A stretch of 64,000 nucleotides of DNA. It comes from Pseudomonadota bacterium (lineage in GTDB: Bacteria > Desulfobacterota > Binatia > Binatales > Binataceae). A program made the position numbers and the translations under genes. A model generated the notes under the pieces. It worked only from the letters and a program-made list of their open reading frames with translations. It searched no databases and was not told where the DNA came from. Positions 29,953 through 38,990 of the stretch are shown here, piece by piece (position 1 is the stretch's first letter; every line of letters begins with the position of its first letter). The stretch spans positions 1,579-65,578 of the forward strand of contig JAJPIG010000028.1 of the NCBI GenBank assembly GCA_021324855.1, given 5' to 3'.

Positions 29953-30867
29953 ATGATTGATCGTCGGGCGAACGCTGGATGTCTCCTTGCCTGGGCGCTG
30001 GTTGCGGCGTTCTCCGCGATCATCGGGCTTTCGCCGGGTGTGCTATGCGCCGACTGGGCTGATTTCCCTCCGACCGCGTTTAAGATCTATAGCGAAGACG
30101 GCAGCCAGCTTGTCGGCGATAGTCACTACCAGGTCGAGCGCCTCGGTCCGGACCGATTGCAGTTGCATGGCGAAAATCATTATCGGAACGGCCAGTACGA
30201 CATCGAGAGCGACACGCTGGAACTGCACCCCGGCCAACCGGTTCCACTGCTGAAGAAGTTCAGCCACGTCTTCTACAAGCCGAACGGTTCCGTCTTCATA
30301 GCCGGCACCGCCAACCTCCAGACTGGCGAGGCGGTCTGCATCAACGATCAGAACGGCAAGAACGAGCGCTACACCGACCACTTCGATTTTCCAACCGATA
30401 CGTACGCGGGCGCATCGATCCTGATTCCGATGGTGCACGCGCTCCGTAAGGGCATCACCACGCCGATTCGGATGCATTTCTTCGATTGCACGCCGAAGCC
30501 GAAGCTCCTCACGATCGAAGCGACACCGAATTTATCGACCCCGGGATGGCAGTACTATCCGGGTCAGCTCGTTGAGATACAGGCCAAGCCGGATCTCGGA
30601 TGGCTGGACCTGCTGGCGGCTCCGTTTCTGCCCACGATGCACGCGTGGTTCAATCCGGCTGAGGGCTTTAGCTACGTCGGCGGCAGGATCAATCGATATT
30701 TCTACAGCAAGGCGCACGTGATGCTCGTGAAGGTAAAGCCGGGCGAGCAGATTGCCGCGCCAATGGCCACGGGTTCATCGAGCGCAGTTGTGGGCACCAA
30801 CGAGGTTGCTCCGCCGGCCGCGACCTCCGCGGCGCAGACTGATGCGACGCCGCCGCGCCAACCCTGA
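29953..30867 (+). CDS. Hypothetical exported protein (beta-rich, DUF3108-like appearance)
   Basis: SD GAGAGG, signal-peptide-like N-terminus, typical codon usage, low-complexity A/P/T tail. Confidence 0.7.
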   Translation: MIDRRANAGCLLAWALVAAFSAIIGLSPGVLCADWADFPPTAFKIYSEDGSQLVGDSHYQVERLGPDRLQLHGENHYRNGQYDIESDTLELHPGQPVPLLKKFSHVFYKPNGSVFIAGTANLQTGEAVCINDQNGKNERYTDHFDFPTDTYAGASILIPMVHALRKGITTPIRMHFFDCTPKPKLLTIEATPNLSTPGWQYYPGQLVEIQAKPDLGWLDLLAAPFLPTMHAWFNPAEGFSYVGGRINRYFYSKAHVMLVKVKPGEQIAAPMATGSSSAVVGTNEVAPPAATSAAQTDATPPRQP

Positions 30868-30914
30868 CAGCGCTGCGGTTATCGAAACTGACTCGTGGGA
30901 GTCAGACCAGCGGC

Positions 30915-31133
30915 TTAAAAGTGAGTGACGCCTTCACCGTCATAATGGCGGACAGTGGAAGGCTTGGGCTTGCGATACTGGAACGCGGTCTGGCAGGTGG
31001 TGCAGGTGCCTTCGATTTCGGTGCTGCCGTGCCGGCGAACCAGTTTGACGTAACGTACGACTCCGTCGCTGCAAAGGTGACCCGCGACCGGGAAGTCGTA
31101 CACCGTGCGAACGGTGTTGGTTGAGTCTGCCAT
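30915..31133 (-). CDS. Small hypothetical protein, possible zinc ribbon
   Basis: 72 aa with HLC...CTTC; upstream GGAG/AGGG SD-like sequences. Confidence 0.6.
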   Translation of the reverse strand: MADSTNTVRTVYDFPVAGHLCSDGVVRYVKLVRRHGSTEIEGTCTTCQTAFQYRKPKPSTVRHYDGEGVTHF

Positions 31134-31262
31134 CGTTTCCCTAATGCTCCTTCATGCAGAAATCCTTGCATCGGTTATCGGTTACGGGTAACTGCCTCAC
31201 TTGCCACATCCACGTCGCCCCGGATGCAACGGGGAGTTTTTAACTTTAGTGAATTGCGCACG

Positions 31263-31314
31263 TCGATCAATATTTTTTTCGTTCGATCAAAAAATTTTTC
31301 GTAAAAATCTTCGT
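31263..31314. repeat. AT-rich 20-bp tandem repeat in a divergent promoter region
   Basis: TCGATCAATATTTTTTTCGT / TCGATCAAAAAATTTTTCGT (17/20 identical) plus a partial third unit AAAAATCTTCGT. Confidence 0.75.
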
Positions 31315-31364
31315 GACGCGCGCCGCGGCGGGCTGTGCTACACTCGGGCGCATCCGTAAACCGC

Positions 31365-32846
31365 ATGCGCAAGCTCCTGGTCGCCAATCGTGGTGAGATC
31401 GCACTTCGCATCATCAGAAGCGCGCGCGCCCTCGGGATTGCGACGGTCGCCGTCTACTCCGATGCCGATGCGGGCGCGACGTATCTCGCCGCCGCCGACG
31501 ACGCCATCCGCATAGGCGCTCCAGAAGCGGCTGCGAGCTATCTCAACTCCGACGCGATCCTCGCCGCGGCGCGCGCCGCGGGCGTCGATGCCATCCATCC
31601 CGGCTATGGATTCCTCTCGGAACGTCCCCAGTTCGCCCGTGCGGTCGCGGAGAGCGGCTTCACCTTCGTCGGTCCGCCGGCCGCCGCGATGGCCACGTTG
31701 GGGAACAAGGTCGCGGCGCGCCGGCTTGCGGTGCAATCGGGCGTGCCGGTCGTCCCGGGTCTCGATGTTGCCGATCCGACTGCGGCTCGCCGCCTCGGCG
31801 CGGCCGTCGGATACCCGCTTTTGGTCAAAGCGGCGGCGGGCGGCGGCGGGCGCGGAATGCGCGTGGTCAAAGCCGAGCGCGAACTCGATGGAGCGTTGGA
31901 AGCGGCCGCGCGCGAGGCGCAGGCCGCGTTCGGCGATGGCCGCCTGTTCCTCGAAAAGTATCTCGCCCGTTCGCGCCACATCGAAGTGCAGGTGATCGGG
32001 GACCAATTCGGGAAGCTGGTCACGCTCGGCGAGCGCGATTGCTCGATTCAGCGGCGTCATCAAAAGATCATCGAGGAGTCGCCGGCGCCGGGACTCGATG
32101 CCGCGATGCGCACGCAGATGGCGGAAGCGGCGATTCGCCTGTTTCGCGCTGCCGGGTACGTCAATGCGGGTACGGCCGAGTTCCTGGTCGACGGCGACAG
32201 CTTTTATTTCCTCGAAGCCAATACGCGCCTGCAGGTTGAGCATCCGGTGACCGAGATGCGCTTCGGATGCGACCTGGTGGCGGAGCAACTCAGGATCGCA
32301 GACGGCGAAGCGCTTGCCGACCCGCCAACGCCGGCCGGCCACGCGATCGAATGTCGGATCTATGCTGAAGATGCCGAGCGCGGTTTCCATCCCGTCGCAG
32401 GACGTGTTGAGTATCTGAATCTGCCCGCCGGACCGGGCATCCGCATCGATACGCATCTCGCAACCGGACTCGAAATCTCGACCTGGTATGACGGGATGGT
32501 CGCGAAGCTGATCGCCTGGGGCGCCGATCGCGCGCAGGCCCGCACGCGTCTGCTCGGCGCGCTCGCGGAATTCTCGTTGCTCGGCGTCGGCCATACTGCT
32601 GCCTTTCTCTACGACATCATCGCCAGCAAGCCGTTTGGCGACATCGATCTTTCGACGCACTTCATCGATGAATTCTTCACCGGCTGGCGTCCGGCGGAGA
32701 CCGATCTCGAAACGGCGCTGATCGGTTGCCTGCTTGCTGCCGACGCCGCCACGAACGTTGATCGCACCACGCCGTCAAGAGCGCCGGCGGAGTCGCGCTC
32801 GCCGTGGGAGCGGCTGCCTCGATTCGAGCCGTGGGGTGGCCGGTGA
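31365..32846 (+). CDS. Biotin carboxylase subunit of an acyl-CoA carboxylase (MCC/PCC alpha-like)
   Basis: KLLVANRGEIA, HPGYGFLSE, GGGGRGMR, RHIEVQ, ERDCSIQRRHQK, NTRLQVEH, RIYAED. Confidence 0.92.
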   Translation: MRKLLVANRGEIALRIIRSARALGIATVAVYSDADAGATYLAAADDAIRIGAPEAAASYLNSDAILAAARAAGVDAIHPGYGFLSERPQFARAVAESGFTFVGPPAAAMATLGNKVAARRLAVQSGVPVVPGLDVADPTAARRLGAAVGYPLLVKAAAGGGGRGMRVVKAERELDGALEAAAREAQAAFGDGRLFLEKYLARSRHIEVQVIGDQFGKLVTLGERDCSIQRRHQKIIEESPAPGLDAAMRTQMAEAAIRLFRAAGYVNAGTAEFLVDGDSFYFLEANTRLQVEHPVTEMRFGCDLVAEQLRIADGEALADPPTPAGHAIECRIYAEDAERGFHPVAGRVEYLNLPAGPGIRIDTHLATGLEISTWYDGMVAKLIAWGADRAQARTRLLGALAEFSLLGVGHTAAFLYDIIASKPFGDIDLSTHFIDEFFTGWRPAETDLETALIGCLLAADAATNVDRTTPSRAPAESRSPWERLPRFEPWGGR

Positions 32847-33373
32847 AGGTTAAGCGCTTTTCCGATTCCCACGAATTCGAGGTCGAGTTGGTTTCACGCG
32901 AAGGCGCGAAGCTGCACGCGCGCATCGACGGACGCGAAGTCGAGGCCCGTGTCGAGCCGCTCTTCGACGGCAGCACGATCGTCACGCTCCACGGGCGGCG
33001 CATACGCGTGGCCGCCAGGCGGCGCCGGGAATCGATCCTCGTTGCCGCGGGGCCCGCAGCCTTCGAGTTCCGCGCGATCGAGGAGCGCACCGCGCGCGCC
33101 GCTTATGGTCTGGTCACGCCCGAGGTGACCGCCCCGATGCCCGGGAAGGTGCTCAAGGTAATGGTCCATGCAGGCGAGCGGGTCGAGGCGGGCCGGCCGC
33201 TGGTCGTAATGGAAGCGATGAAGATGGAGACGACGCTCTATGCCGAGGGCGCCGCGATTGTGAAGCGAATTGCCGTCGCGCCCGGCGACGCGGTCGACCA
33301 TGGCGCGGTGCTGATCGAACTCAGCCCGGTTTCGCCCCCGTCATCGCCCGCATCTGATCGGCAAGATTCCTGA
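32843..33373 (+). CDS. Biotin carboxyl carrier protein (with BT-like N-terminal domain)
   Basis: APMPGKV...EAMKME biotinylation motif; GTG overlaps the upstream TGA. Confidence 0.9.
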   Translation: MKVKRFSDSHEFEVELVSREGAKLHARIDGREVEARVEPLFDGSTIVTLHGRRIRVAARRRRESILVAAGPAAFEFRAIEERTARAAYGLVTPEVTAPMPGKVLKVMVHAGERVEAGRPLVVMEAMKMETTLYAEGAAIVKRIAVAPGDAVDHGAVLIELSPVSPPSSPASDRQDS

Positions 33374-33557
33374 GCCATGCGTCGAATTCGGCGTCGTCGC
33401 GCTCGACAATAATCTCGAACTTGCCGCCCGGCAGACGACGTATTCGTCCCGGATGCTCCGGTCGCAGCGGGATGACGACCGCCTCGCGCGAGATGCCGAG
33501 AGGCTCCAGAAGGGCGAAGATTTTTTCGATCTCAGCGAGCGTCACCGCTTTCGGCAT
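33321..33557 (-). CDS. Small hypothetical protein
   Basis: SD AGGAG before ATG 33557; MPKAVTLAEIEKIFALLEPLGISREAVVIPL..., 78 aa. Confidence 0.65.
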   Translation of the reverse strand: MPKAVTLAEIEKIFALLEPLGISREAVVIPLRPEHPGRIRRLPGGKFEIIVERDDAEFDAWLRNLADQMRAMTGAKPG

Positions 33558-33661
33558 CGTCCGGTCTCCTGCATCGGTTCGCTCGGGCGAGCGTCCGATG
33601 GTTATGATAATCTCAGTAGCAGCGAGCTCAACGCCAACGCGGGGCTCTGGCGGAGGCGAAT

Positions 33662-33865
33662 GTGTACGGCACAATCAAGAAAGTGATCAAGGACAAGGGC
33701 TTCGGCTTCATCATTCCGGACGACGGCGGCGACGAGGTGTTCTTCCATCGCTCGCGGCTCTCACCGAAGGTTTATTTCGAGGATCTGCGCGAAGGCTCCG
33801 AGGTGCAGTTCGAGGTCCGGCCGGGCGAGAAGGGCCGCCAGGCGTTCAACGTCCGCCTGCGGTAA
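33662..33865 (+). CDS. Cold-shock domain protein
   Basis: KGFGFI (RNP1), VFFH (RNP2), GEKGRQAFNV; 67 aa; SD GGAGG. Confidence 0.93.
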   Translation: MYGTIKKVIKDKGFGFIIPDDGGDEVFFHRSRLSPKVYFEDLREGSEVQFEVRPGEKGRQAFNVRLR

Positions 33866-35006
33866 GCGCAAAACCGCTCGACCGCTCCTCGGCTTCCAGT
33901 TTGTAAAACCGGCGGGCGTTGTCCGCCATGATGTTGCGGCGCGCGCTGTCCGGAAGCCCTTCGCACGCCTCCTCGATCTCGCGCACGATGCCCGGATAGG
34001 CGCAATCGAAGTGCGGGTAATCGGAGCCCCACAGGATGTTGCGCTCCGCTCCCAACTCGACCATCGCTTTTAGCGTCCGCTCGTCCGGATCCATCGAGAT
34101 CCAGCAGTTGTTCAGGAAATATTCGGTCGCAGATTTCTTCATCCACGGCACGAACGAGCGCATCTTGTCGTAGTGCCCATCGAGGCGATCGAGCCAATAG
34201 CCGAGCCATCCGACGCCTGATTCGAGGAATCCGATTCGGAGCTTGGGAAATTTCTCCAGCACGCCGCCGCAGATCACATCCATGCAGGCGCCCTGCTGCT
34301 CAAACGGATGACATACGATGTGGTACGAGAAAACGTCGCGATAACGATCCTCGCCCAGCGTCGGCATGTGCGTGAAATAGCTGCTATGCACCGCGACCGC
34401 GACATCCAGCGCCTCGGCCTCGCGCCAGAACGGATCATACGCGGGATCGTGCAGGCGGCGGCCGTTGTACGGATTCGGCCTGATAAAGACTGCCTTGAAG
34501 CCCAGTTCCTTCACCGCGCGGCGCATCTCGGCCACCGCGAGATCGACGTCGCGCAGCGGCATCGGCGCGACGCCGTAAAGACGCCGCGGATCGGTCTTGC
34601 AGAAATCGGCCATCCAGTTGCTGTAACCACGGCAGATCGCGGCCGATGCCTTCGTGTCGGTAATGTCGCCGTAGATCAGCCAGAGGGTCGGATAGAGGAC
34701 CGCCACGTCGATGCGCTCCTCGTCCATCAGCTTGAGCCGCGCGCGCGGATCGTGGGCCGCGGCCGGAAAGTCGTCCGAGTTGATCTTTTCGGCCCGCGTC
34801 GGATCATCGAGGCCGCGCGGAATCAATGAGGCGGCAAAGTTAATCGTGGGATCGTCGCGATTCTCGCCATTGACCCAGAGCTCGTCGCGCCCCGCGGGTG
34901 TGCGCCGAAACTGCATCGCGAGATGCCGGTAGGCGGGCTCGACATACTCGGTCCAAACCTCGCGCGGCTCGACGATATGCCCGTCGCCATCGATCACCTG
35001 GGCCAT
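33846..35006 (-). CDS. Amidohydrolase_2-family protein
   Basis: IDGDGHIVEP, VLYPT, YDPFW, AVH, FLESGVGW, WGSDYPHFD, NARRFY; SD GGAGG before ATG 35006. Confidence 0.9.
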   Translation of the reverse strand: MAQVIDGDGHIVEPREVWTEYVEPAYRHLAMQFRRTPAGRDELWVNGENRDDPTINFAASLIPRGLDDPTRAEKINSDDFPAAAHDPRARLKLMDEERIDVAVLYPTLWLIYGDITDTKASAAICRGYSNWMADFCKTDPRRLYGVAPMPLRDVDLAVAEMRRAVKELGFKAVFIRPNPYNGRRLHDPAYDPFWREAEALDVAVAVHSSYFTHMPTLGEDRYRDVFSYHIVCHPFEQQGACMDVICGGVLEKFPKLRIGFLESGVGWLGYWLDRLDGHYDKMRSFVPWMKKSATEYFLNNCWISMDPDERTLKAMVELGAERNILWGSDYPHFDCAYPGIVREIEEACEGLPDSARRNIMADNARRFYKLEAEERSSGFALTAGGR

Positions 35007-35136
35007 TACGCACCTCCGTTGTCTGCTCGGCGGTTGGTTCGAGCCACAGAATCCGACTAACAAAGCGAGGGCCGCGGTTTCAAGCCGAGTCCATCGCACT
35101 TAAACGCGCTGCCCCGATGCTATAATTTCAAGGCAG

Positions 35137-35634
35137 GTGGCGGCTCACGAACATCATCGGCACGACAAGACCGCGTTGCGTATCGGGATCGTCACGCTGA
35201 GCGACACCCGCACGGCCGATACCGATGAGAGCGGCCGGCTGATTCGCGATCTGGTCGAGCGCGCCGGGCATCGCGTGGTCCGTTATGAGATCGCGCCGGA
35301 TACGCCGGGTTTGATCGAGCATGCGATCGCGGCAGGAATTCCGCACGTCGATGCGCTGATACTCAACGGCGGCACCGGGATCGCACCGCGCGATTCGACG
35401 ATCGAGGTGGCGCGGCGCATGATGGACAAGGAGCTGGACGGCTTCGGCGAGCTGTTTCGGATGCTTTCATACAACGAAATCGGCCCGGCAGCGTTTCTGA
35501 GCCGGGCGCTTGCCGGCGTGATTCGCGGTAAGATCGTGGTGGCTTTGCCGGGGTCGCCAGCCGCGTGCCGGCTGGGCCTGGAAAAGCTGCTGTTGCCCGA
35601 ACTCGGCCATATGGCGCATCTTCTCGGTCTATGA
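35137..35634 (+). CDS. moaB: Molybdenum cofactor biosynthesis protein MoaB/MogA
   Basis: TLSDTRT..DESG, GGTGIAPRD, GFGELFR, SRA, LPGS. Confidence 0.9.
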   Translation: MAAHEHHRHDKTALRIGIVTLSDTRTADTDESGRLIRDLVERAGHRVVRYEIAPDTPGLIEHAIAAGIPHVDALILNGGTGIAPRDSTIEVARRMMDKELDGFGELFRMLSYNEIGPAAFLSRALAGVIRGKIVVALPGSPAACRLGLEKLLLPELGHMAHLLGL

Positions 35635-36341
35635 ACCGGATCACGATAAAACTGTTCGCCACGCTCCGCGAGCGGGCGCGCACCGGGGAAATCGATCGCG
35701 AGTTTCCCGACGGCGTCACGATCGATGAAATATGGCAGAGCCTGCTGGCGGAATTCCCGGAGCTCGCCGGTCATCATGACAGCGTCGCTTTCGCGGTGAA
35801 TCACGAGTACGTCGATGGCGACTACCGGCCGCGCGGCGGCGACGAGGTTGCATTCATCCCGCCGGTCAGCGGCGGCAGCGAGCCGCCCTGGCTCGGACCG
35901 GTGAAGATTGTCACCCGGAAAATCGATCTCGAGGAGCTGCAGCGCGCGGTCGCCGATCCGCGCTCCGGAGCGACGGCGACCTTCGCCGGCACTACGCGGA
36001 TCGATAATGCCGGACGCCGCGTGACGCGGCTCGAGTACGAAGCCTACGAGCCGATGGCGCTCAGCGAGATGCGCAAGATTGCGCGCGCCGCAGGCGAACG
36101 TTTCGCGATCGTGCGTATCGCAATTGCCCATCGTATCGGCCGCGTCGATATCGGTGAGACCTCGGTCGCAATCGCGGTCTCGGCGGCCCATCGCGGCGAA
36201 GCCTTCGAGGCGTGTCGGTTCGCGATCGATCGCATCAAGGAGATCGTTCCGATCTGGAAAAAGGAGTACTTCGAGGGCGGCGAGTTGTGGGTCGGATGCC
36301 AAACCTCGCATCCGCCGCTCCCGCATGGCCACGCCCATTAG
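35631..36341 (+). CDS. MoaD-MoaE fusion (molybdopterin synthase, MoaX-like)
   Basis: MNRITIKLFA...AVN...GDEVAFIPPVSGG (MoaD) continues in frame into GATATFAGTTR, LEYEAY, HRIG, HRGEAF, PIWKKE (MoaE). Confidence 0.92.
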   Translation: MNRITIKLFATLRERARTGEIDREFPDGVTIDEIWQSLLAEFPELAGHHDSVAFAVNHEYVDGDYRPRGGDEVAFIPPVSGGSEPPWLGPVKIVTRKIDLEELQRAVADPRSGATATFAGTTRIDNAGRRVTRLEYEAYEPMALSEMRKIARAAGERFAIVRIAIAHRIGRVDIGETSVAIAVSAAHRGEAFEACRFAIDRIKEIVPIWKKEYFEGGELWVGCQTSHPPLPHGHAH

Positions 36342-36401
36342 GATTGCGTCGAAACCGGCCGCGTTGACGGCCCCGTAGCTATCGGATAATCAACCCAAGC
36401 G

Positions 36402-37346
36402 ATGCCTACCGCCCTTGAACACTGCGTTGAAAGGATAATCCTCGCGGAGCCGCGCGGCTTTTGCGCCGGGGTCGATCGCGCCGTTGAGGCGGTGCGCGAG
36501 GCGCTCCGCAGTTTCGGCCGTCCGCTCTATGTTCGCCATCAAATCGTCCATAATCGCTTCGTCCTGGAACGGCTCGAGACTGAGGGCGCGATTTTCGTCG
36601 AAAGCCTCGACGAGGTGCCTGCCGGCCAACGCGTGATTTTCAGCGCCCACGGCGTCGCACCCAGCGAATGGGATCGCGCGAAGGACCGCAACCTGCGGGT
36701 GATTGATGCTACGTGCCCGCTGGTCACGAAGGTCCATCTGGAGGTCCGCCGCTATGCCGACGAAGGGCGCACCGTGATTCTCGTCGGCCACGCCGGCCAT
36801 GAAGAGGTCAAGGGCACGCTCGGCGTCGCGCCCGGTCAAATGCTGCTGGTGGGCAGCGTCGAGGAGGCCGAGCGCGCCGAGGTGCCGGATAGCGAGCGCG
36901 TGGCGGCGGTGACACAGACCACGCTCAGCGTCGATGACACGCGCGAAATCATGGAGACTCTCAAGCGCCGTTTTCCCGCGCTCCGCACGCCCAAGACCGA
37001 TGACATCTGCTACGCCACCCAGAATCGACAGAATGCGGTCAAGGAGCTGGTGAGCGTGAGCGACGCGATCTTGGTGGTCGGCTCAAAGCAGAGCTCGAAT
37101 GCGAATCGCCTGGTCGAGGTGGCGCGCACGCGCGGCGCGCGCGCCTACCTGGTCGACTCGATCGCCGATGTCGAGCCGGCGATGGTCGCCGGCGTGAGCG
37201 CGCTCGGACTGACCGCCAGTGCTTCGTCGCCGGAATGGTTGGTCGAGGAGATCATCGGCGCATTCGCACGCGGCGGCGCCACCGTCGAGCTCCTGAGCGT
37301 AGCCAAGGAACGCGTCCACTTCCCGCTCCCCTCGCCTGCCAACTAG
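36402..37346 (+). CDS. ispH: 4-hydroxy-3-methylbut-2-enyl diphosphate reductase
   Basis: PRGFCAGV, IVHN, SAHGV, DATCPLV, HEEV, TQTT, ICYATQNRQ, SSN. Confidence 0.97.
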   Translation: MPTALEHCVERIILAEPRGFCAGVDRAVEAVREALRSFGRPLYVRHQIVHNRFVLERLETEGAIFVESLDEVPAGQRVIFSAHGVAPSEWDRAKDRNLRVIDATCPLVTKVHLEVRRYADEGRTVILVGHAGHEEVKGTLGVAPGQMLLVGSVEEAERAEVPDSERVAAVTQTTLSVDDTREIMETLKRRFPALRTPKTDDICYATQNRQNAVKELVSVSDAILVVGSKQSSNANRLVEVARTRGARAYLVDSIADVEPAMVAGVSALGLTASASSPEWLVEEIIGAFARGGATVELLSVAKERVHFPLPSPAN

Positions 37347-37382
37347 CCTCCTCGGAAAGCCGGGGCTGAGCCGTCCAAGAGG

Positions 37383-38060
37383 GTGAGTGACGAGACCACG
37401 GCGGGCCCGGCGGCGCGCAGGCGCGGATACATCGCGGTCGAGGGGCCGATCGGCGTCGGCAAGACCTCACTCGCCCGCATGCTCGCTGAAAAACTCGGCG
37501 CGCGCCTGGTCCTCGATGAATCCGGCAACAACCCGTTTGTCGCGCGATTCTATGAAGATCCCGACAAGTACGCGTTTCCCGCCCAGCTCTATTTTATGCT
37601 CATCCGCTACCGCCAGCAGCGCGAGCTGATGCAGCAGGAGTTGTTTCGGCAGGCGACGGTATCCGATTATCTCTTCAGCAAGGATCGGATTTTCGCCAAC
37701 CTGAATCTCACCCCCGACGAGCTGGTTCTTTACGATCAGGTTTTTCGGCTGCTCGATGCGCAGATGGCGAAGCCGGATCTCGTCGTCTACCTCTGGGCGC
37801 GCGCCGAAGTCCTGATCGATCGGCTGCGTAAACGCAACCGCGATTTCGAGCGTCACATCAGCATCGAATACCTGGAGCGGGTCTCCGCCGCCTATCGCGA
37901 CTTCTTTTTCTACTTCGAGGAAACTCCGTTGCTGGTGGTTGATACTTCGGAAATGGATTTCATTGAGCATCCGGAGGATCTCGAGGAGTTGATGCGCGAG
38001 ATCGATCGCACGCGCGCCGGCATCCAGCATTACGTGCCGAGGCTGCGCCCGGGGCGCTGA
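37383..38060 (+). CDS. Deoxynucleoside kinase
   Basis: IAVEGPIGVGKT P-loop, NPF..FY.DP, QLYF, DRIFA, PDLVVYL, R.R.FE lid. Confidence 0.9.
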   Translation: MSDETTAGPAARRRGYIAVEGPIGVGKTSLARMLAEKLGARLVLDESGNNPFVARFYEDPDKYAFPAQLYFMLIRYRQQRELMQQELFRQATVSDYLFSKDRIFANLNLTPDELVLYDQVFRLLDAQMAKPDLVVYLWARAEVLIDRLRKRNRDFERHISIEYLERVSAAYRDFFFYFEETPLLVVDTSEMDFIEHPEDLEELMREIDRTRAGIQHYVPRLRPGR

Positions 38061-38078
38061 AACCTCCGCATCTCCGGC

Positions 38079-38987
38079 ATGGCTGCGAGGGAGACATCGG
38101 AAGAGTTCATCGCGCGCCACTGTGCGGCGCTCGCGGACGTGTACGAGCGCGGGATGGCGAGAGCCTATCGCGTCGCGCCCGAGACGATGGCCGCGGCGCT
38201 GTATCGCGGCGCGTGCTCGCTTCCGGAAAACGCGAGCGAAACCGTCGAGCATTATCTCGCGAGCGTCCATGCCGGGGATTTGGCGCTGGCGTGCGCACTG
38301 ATCGCCGGCGATGCGGCGGCTTGGGATGAATTTGTCGCGCGCTATCGTCCGATTCTCTACGCCTCCGCGCGCGCAATCGCAGGCGACGAACTCCGCGCCC
38401 GCGAGCTGGCCGATTCGCTGTGGGCGGAGCTCTACGGAATCCGCGGCCAGACCGGCGCGCGCCGTCCGCTTCTCACCTACTTTCACGGCCGTAGTTCGCT
38501 CGCGACCTGGCTTCACGCCGTGCTCGCCCGGCGTCATATCGATGCGCTCCGCGCCGAACGGCGCCATTCTCCGCTCGAAAGCGTCACTGCCGACCCGGCG
38601 ATTAATTCCGATCCGCCGAATCCCGAACAGCCGCGCTATATCGAATTGATTGGCCGCGCGCTGAACGATGCACTCGACACGCTGAAGCCGCGCGATCGTC
38701 TTCGGCTCGCCTATTATTACAGCGACGGGCTTACCCTCAAGGAGATCGGCGCACTGATGGAGGAGCGCGAATGGACGGTTTCGCGCCGTCTCAAGCGCAC
38801 GCGCGAAGCAATCCGCAGGCGCGTCGAACTGAGGCTGCGCGCGGCGGGCCTCGGGACGGAAGAGATCCGCCAATGCTACGATTATGCGATGGAAGGATGG
38901 TCGTCCGAGCTGAAACCCGCGACCGGCGCAGCGGCGGGAGGCGATGCAACGAAAGACGGCCGGTTCGTTCAAAGTATAAGGAAGTAG
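38079..38987 (+). CDS. ECF-type sigma-70 factor with N-terminal extension
   Basis: DLALACA...GDAAAWDEF, region 2 (YFHGRSSLATWL), region 4 (LKPRDR...YYSDGLTLKEIG...TVSRRL). Confidence 0.85.
   Translation: MAARETSEEFIARHCAALADVYERGMARAYRVAPETMAAALYRGACSLPENASETVEHYLASVHAGDLALACALIAGDAAAWDEFVARYRPILYASARAIAGDELRARELADSLWAELYGIRGQTGARRPLLTYFHGRSSLATWLHAVLARRHIDALRAERRHSPLESVTADPAINSDPPNPEQPRYIELIGRALNDALDTLKPRDRLRLAYYYSDGLTLKEIGALMEEREWTVSRRLKRTREAIRRRVELRLRAAGLGTEEIRQCYDYAMEGWSSELKPATGAAAGGDATKDGRFVQSIRK
38944..38973 (+). promoter_or_regulatory. Putative ECF promoter, copy 1 (before the anti-sigma gene)
   Basis: ATGCAA-N16-CGTTCAAA, ending 17 nt before TTG 38991; same motif and spacing as at 40070. 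Confidence 0.65.
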
Positions 38988-38990
38988 GAT

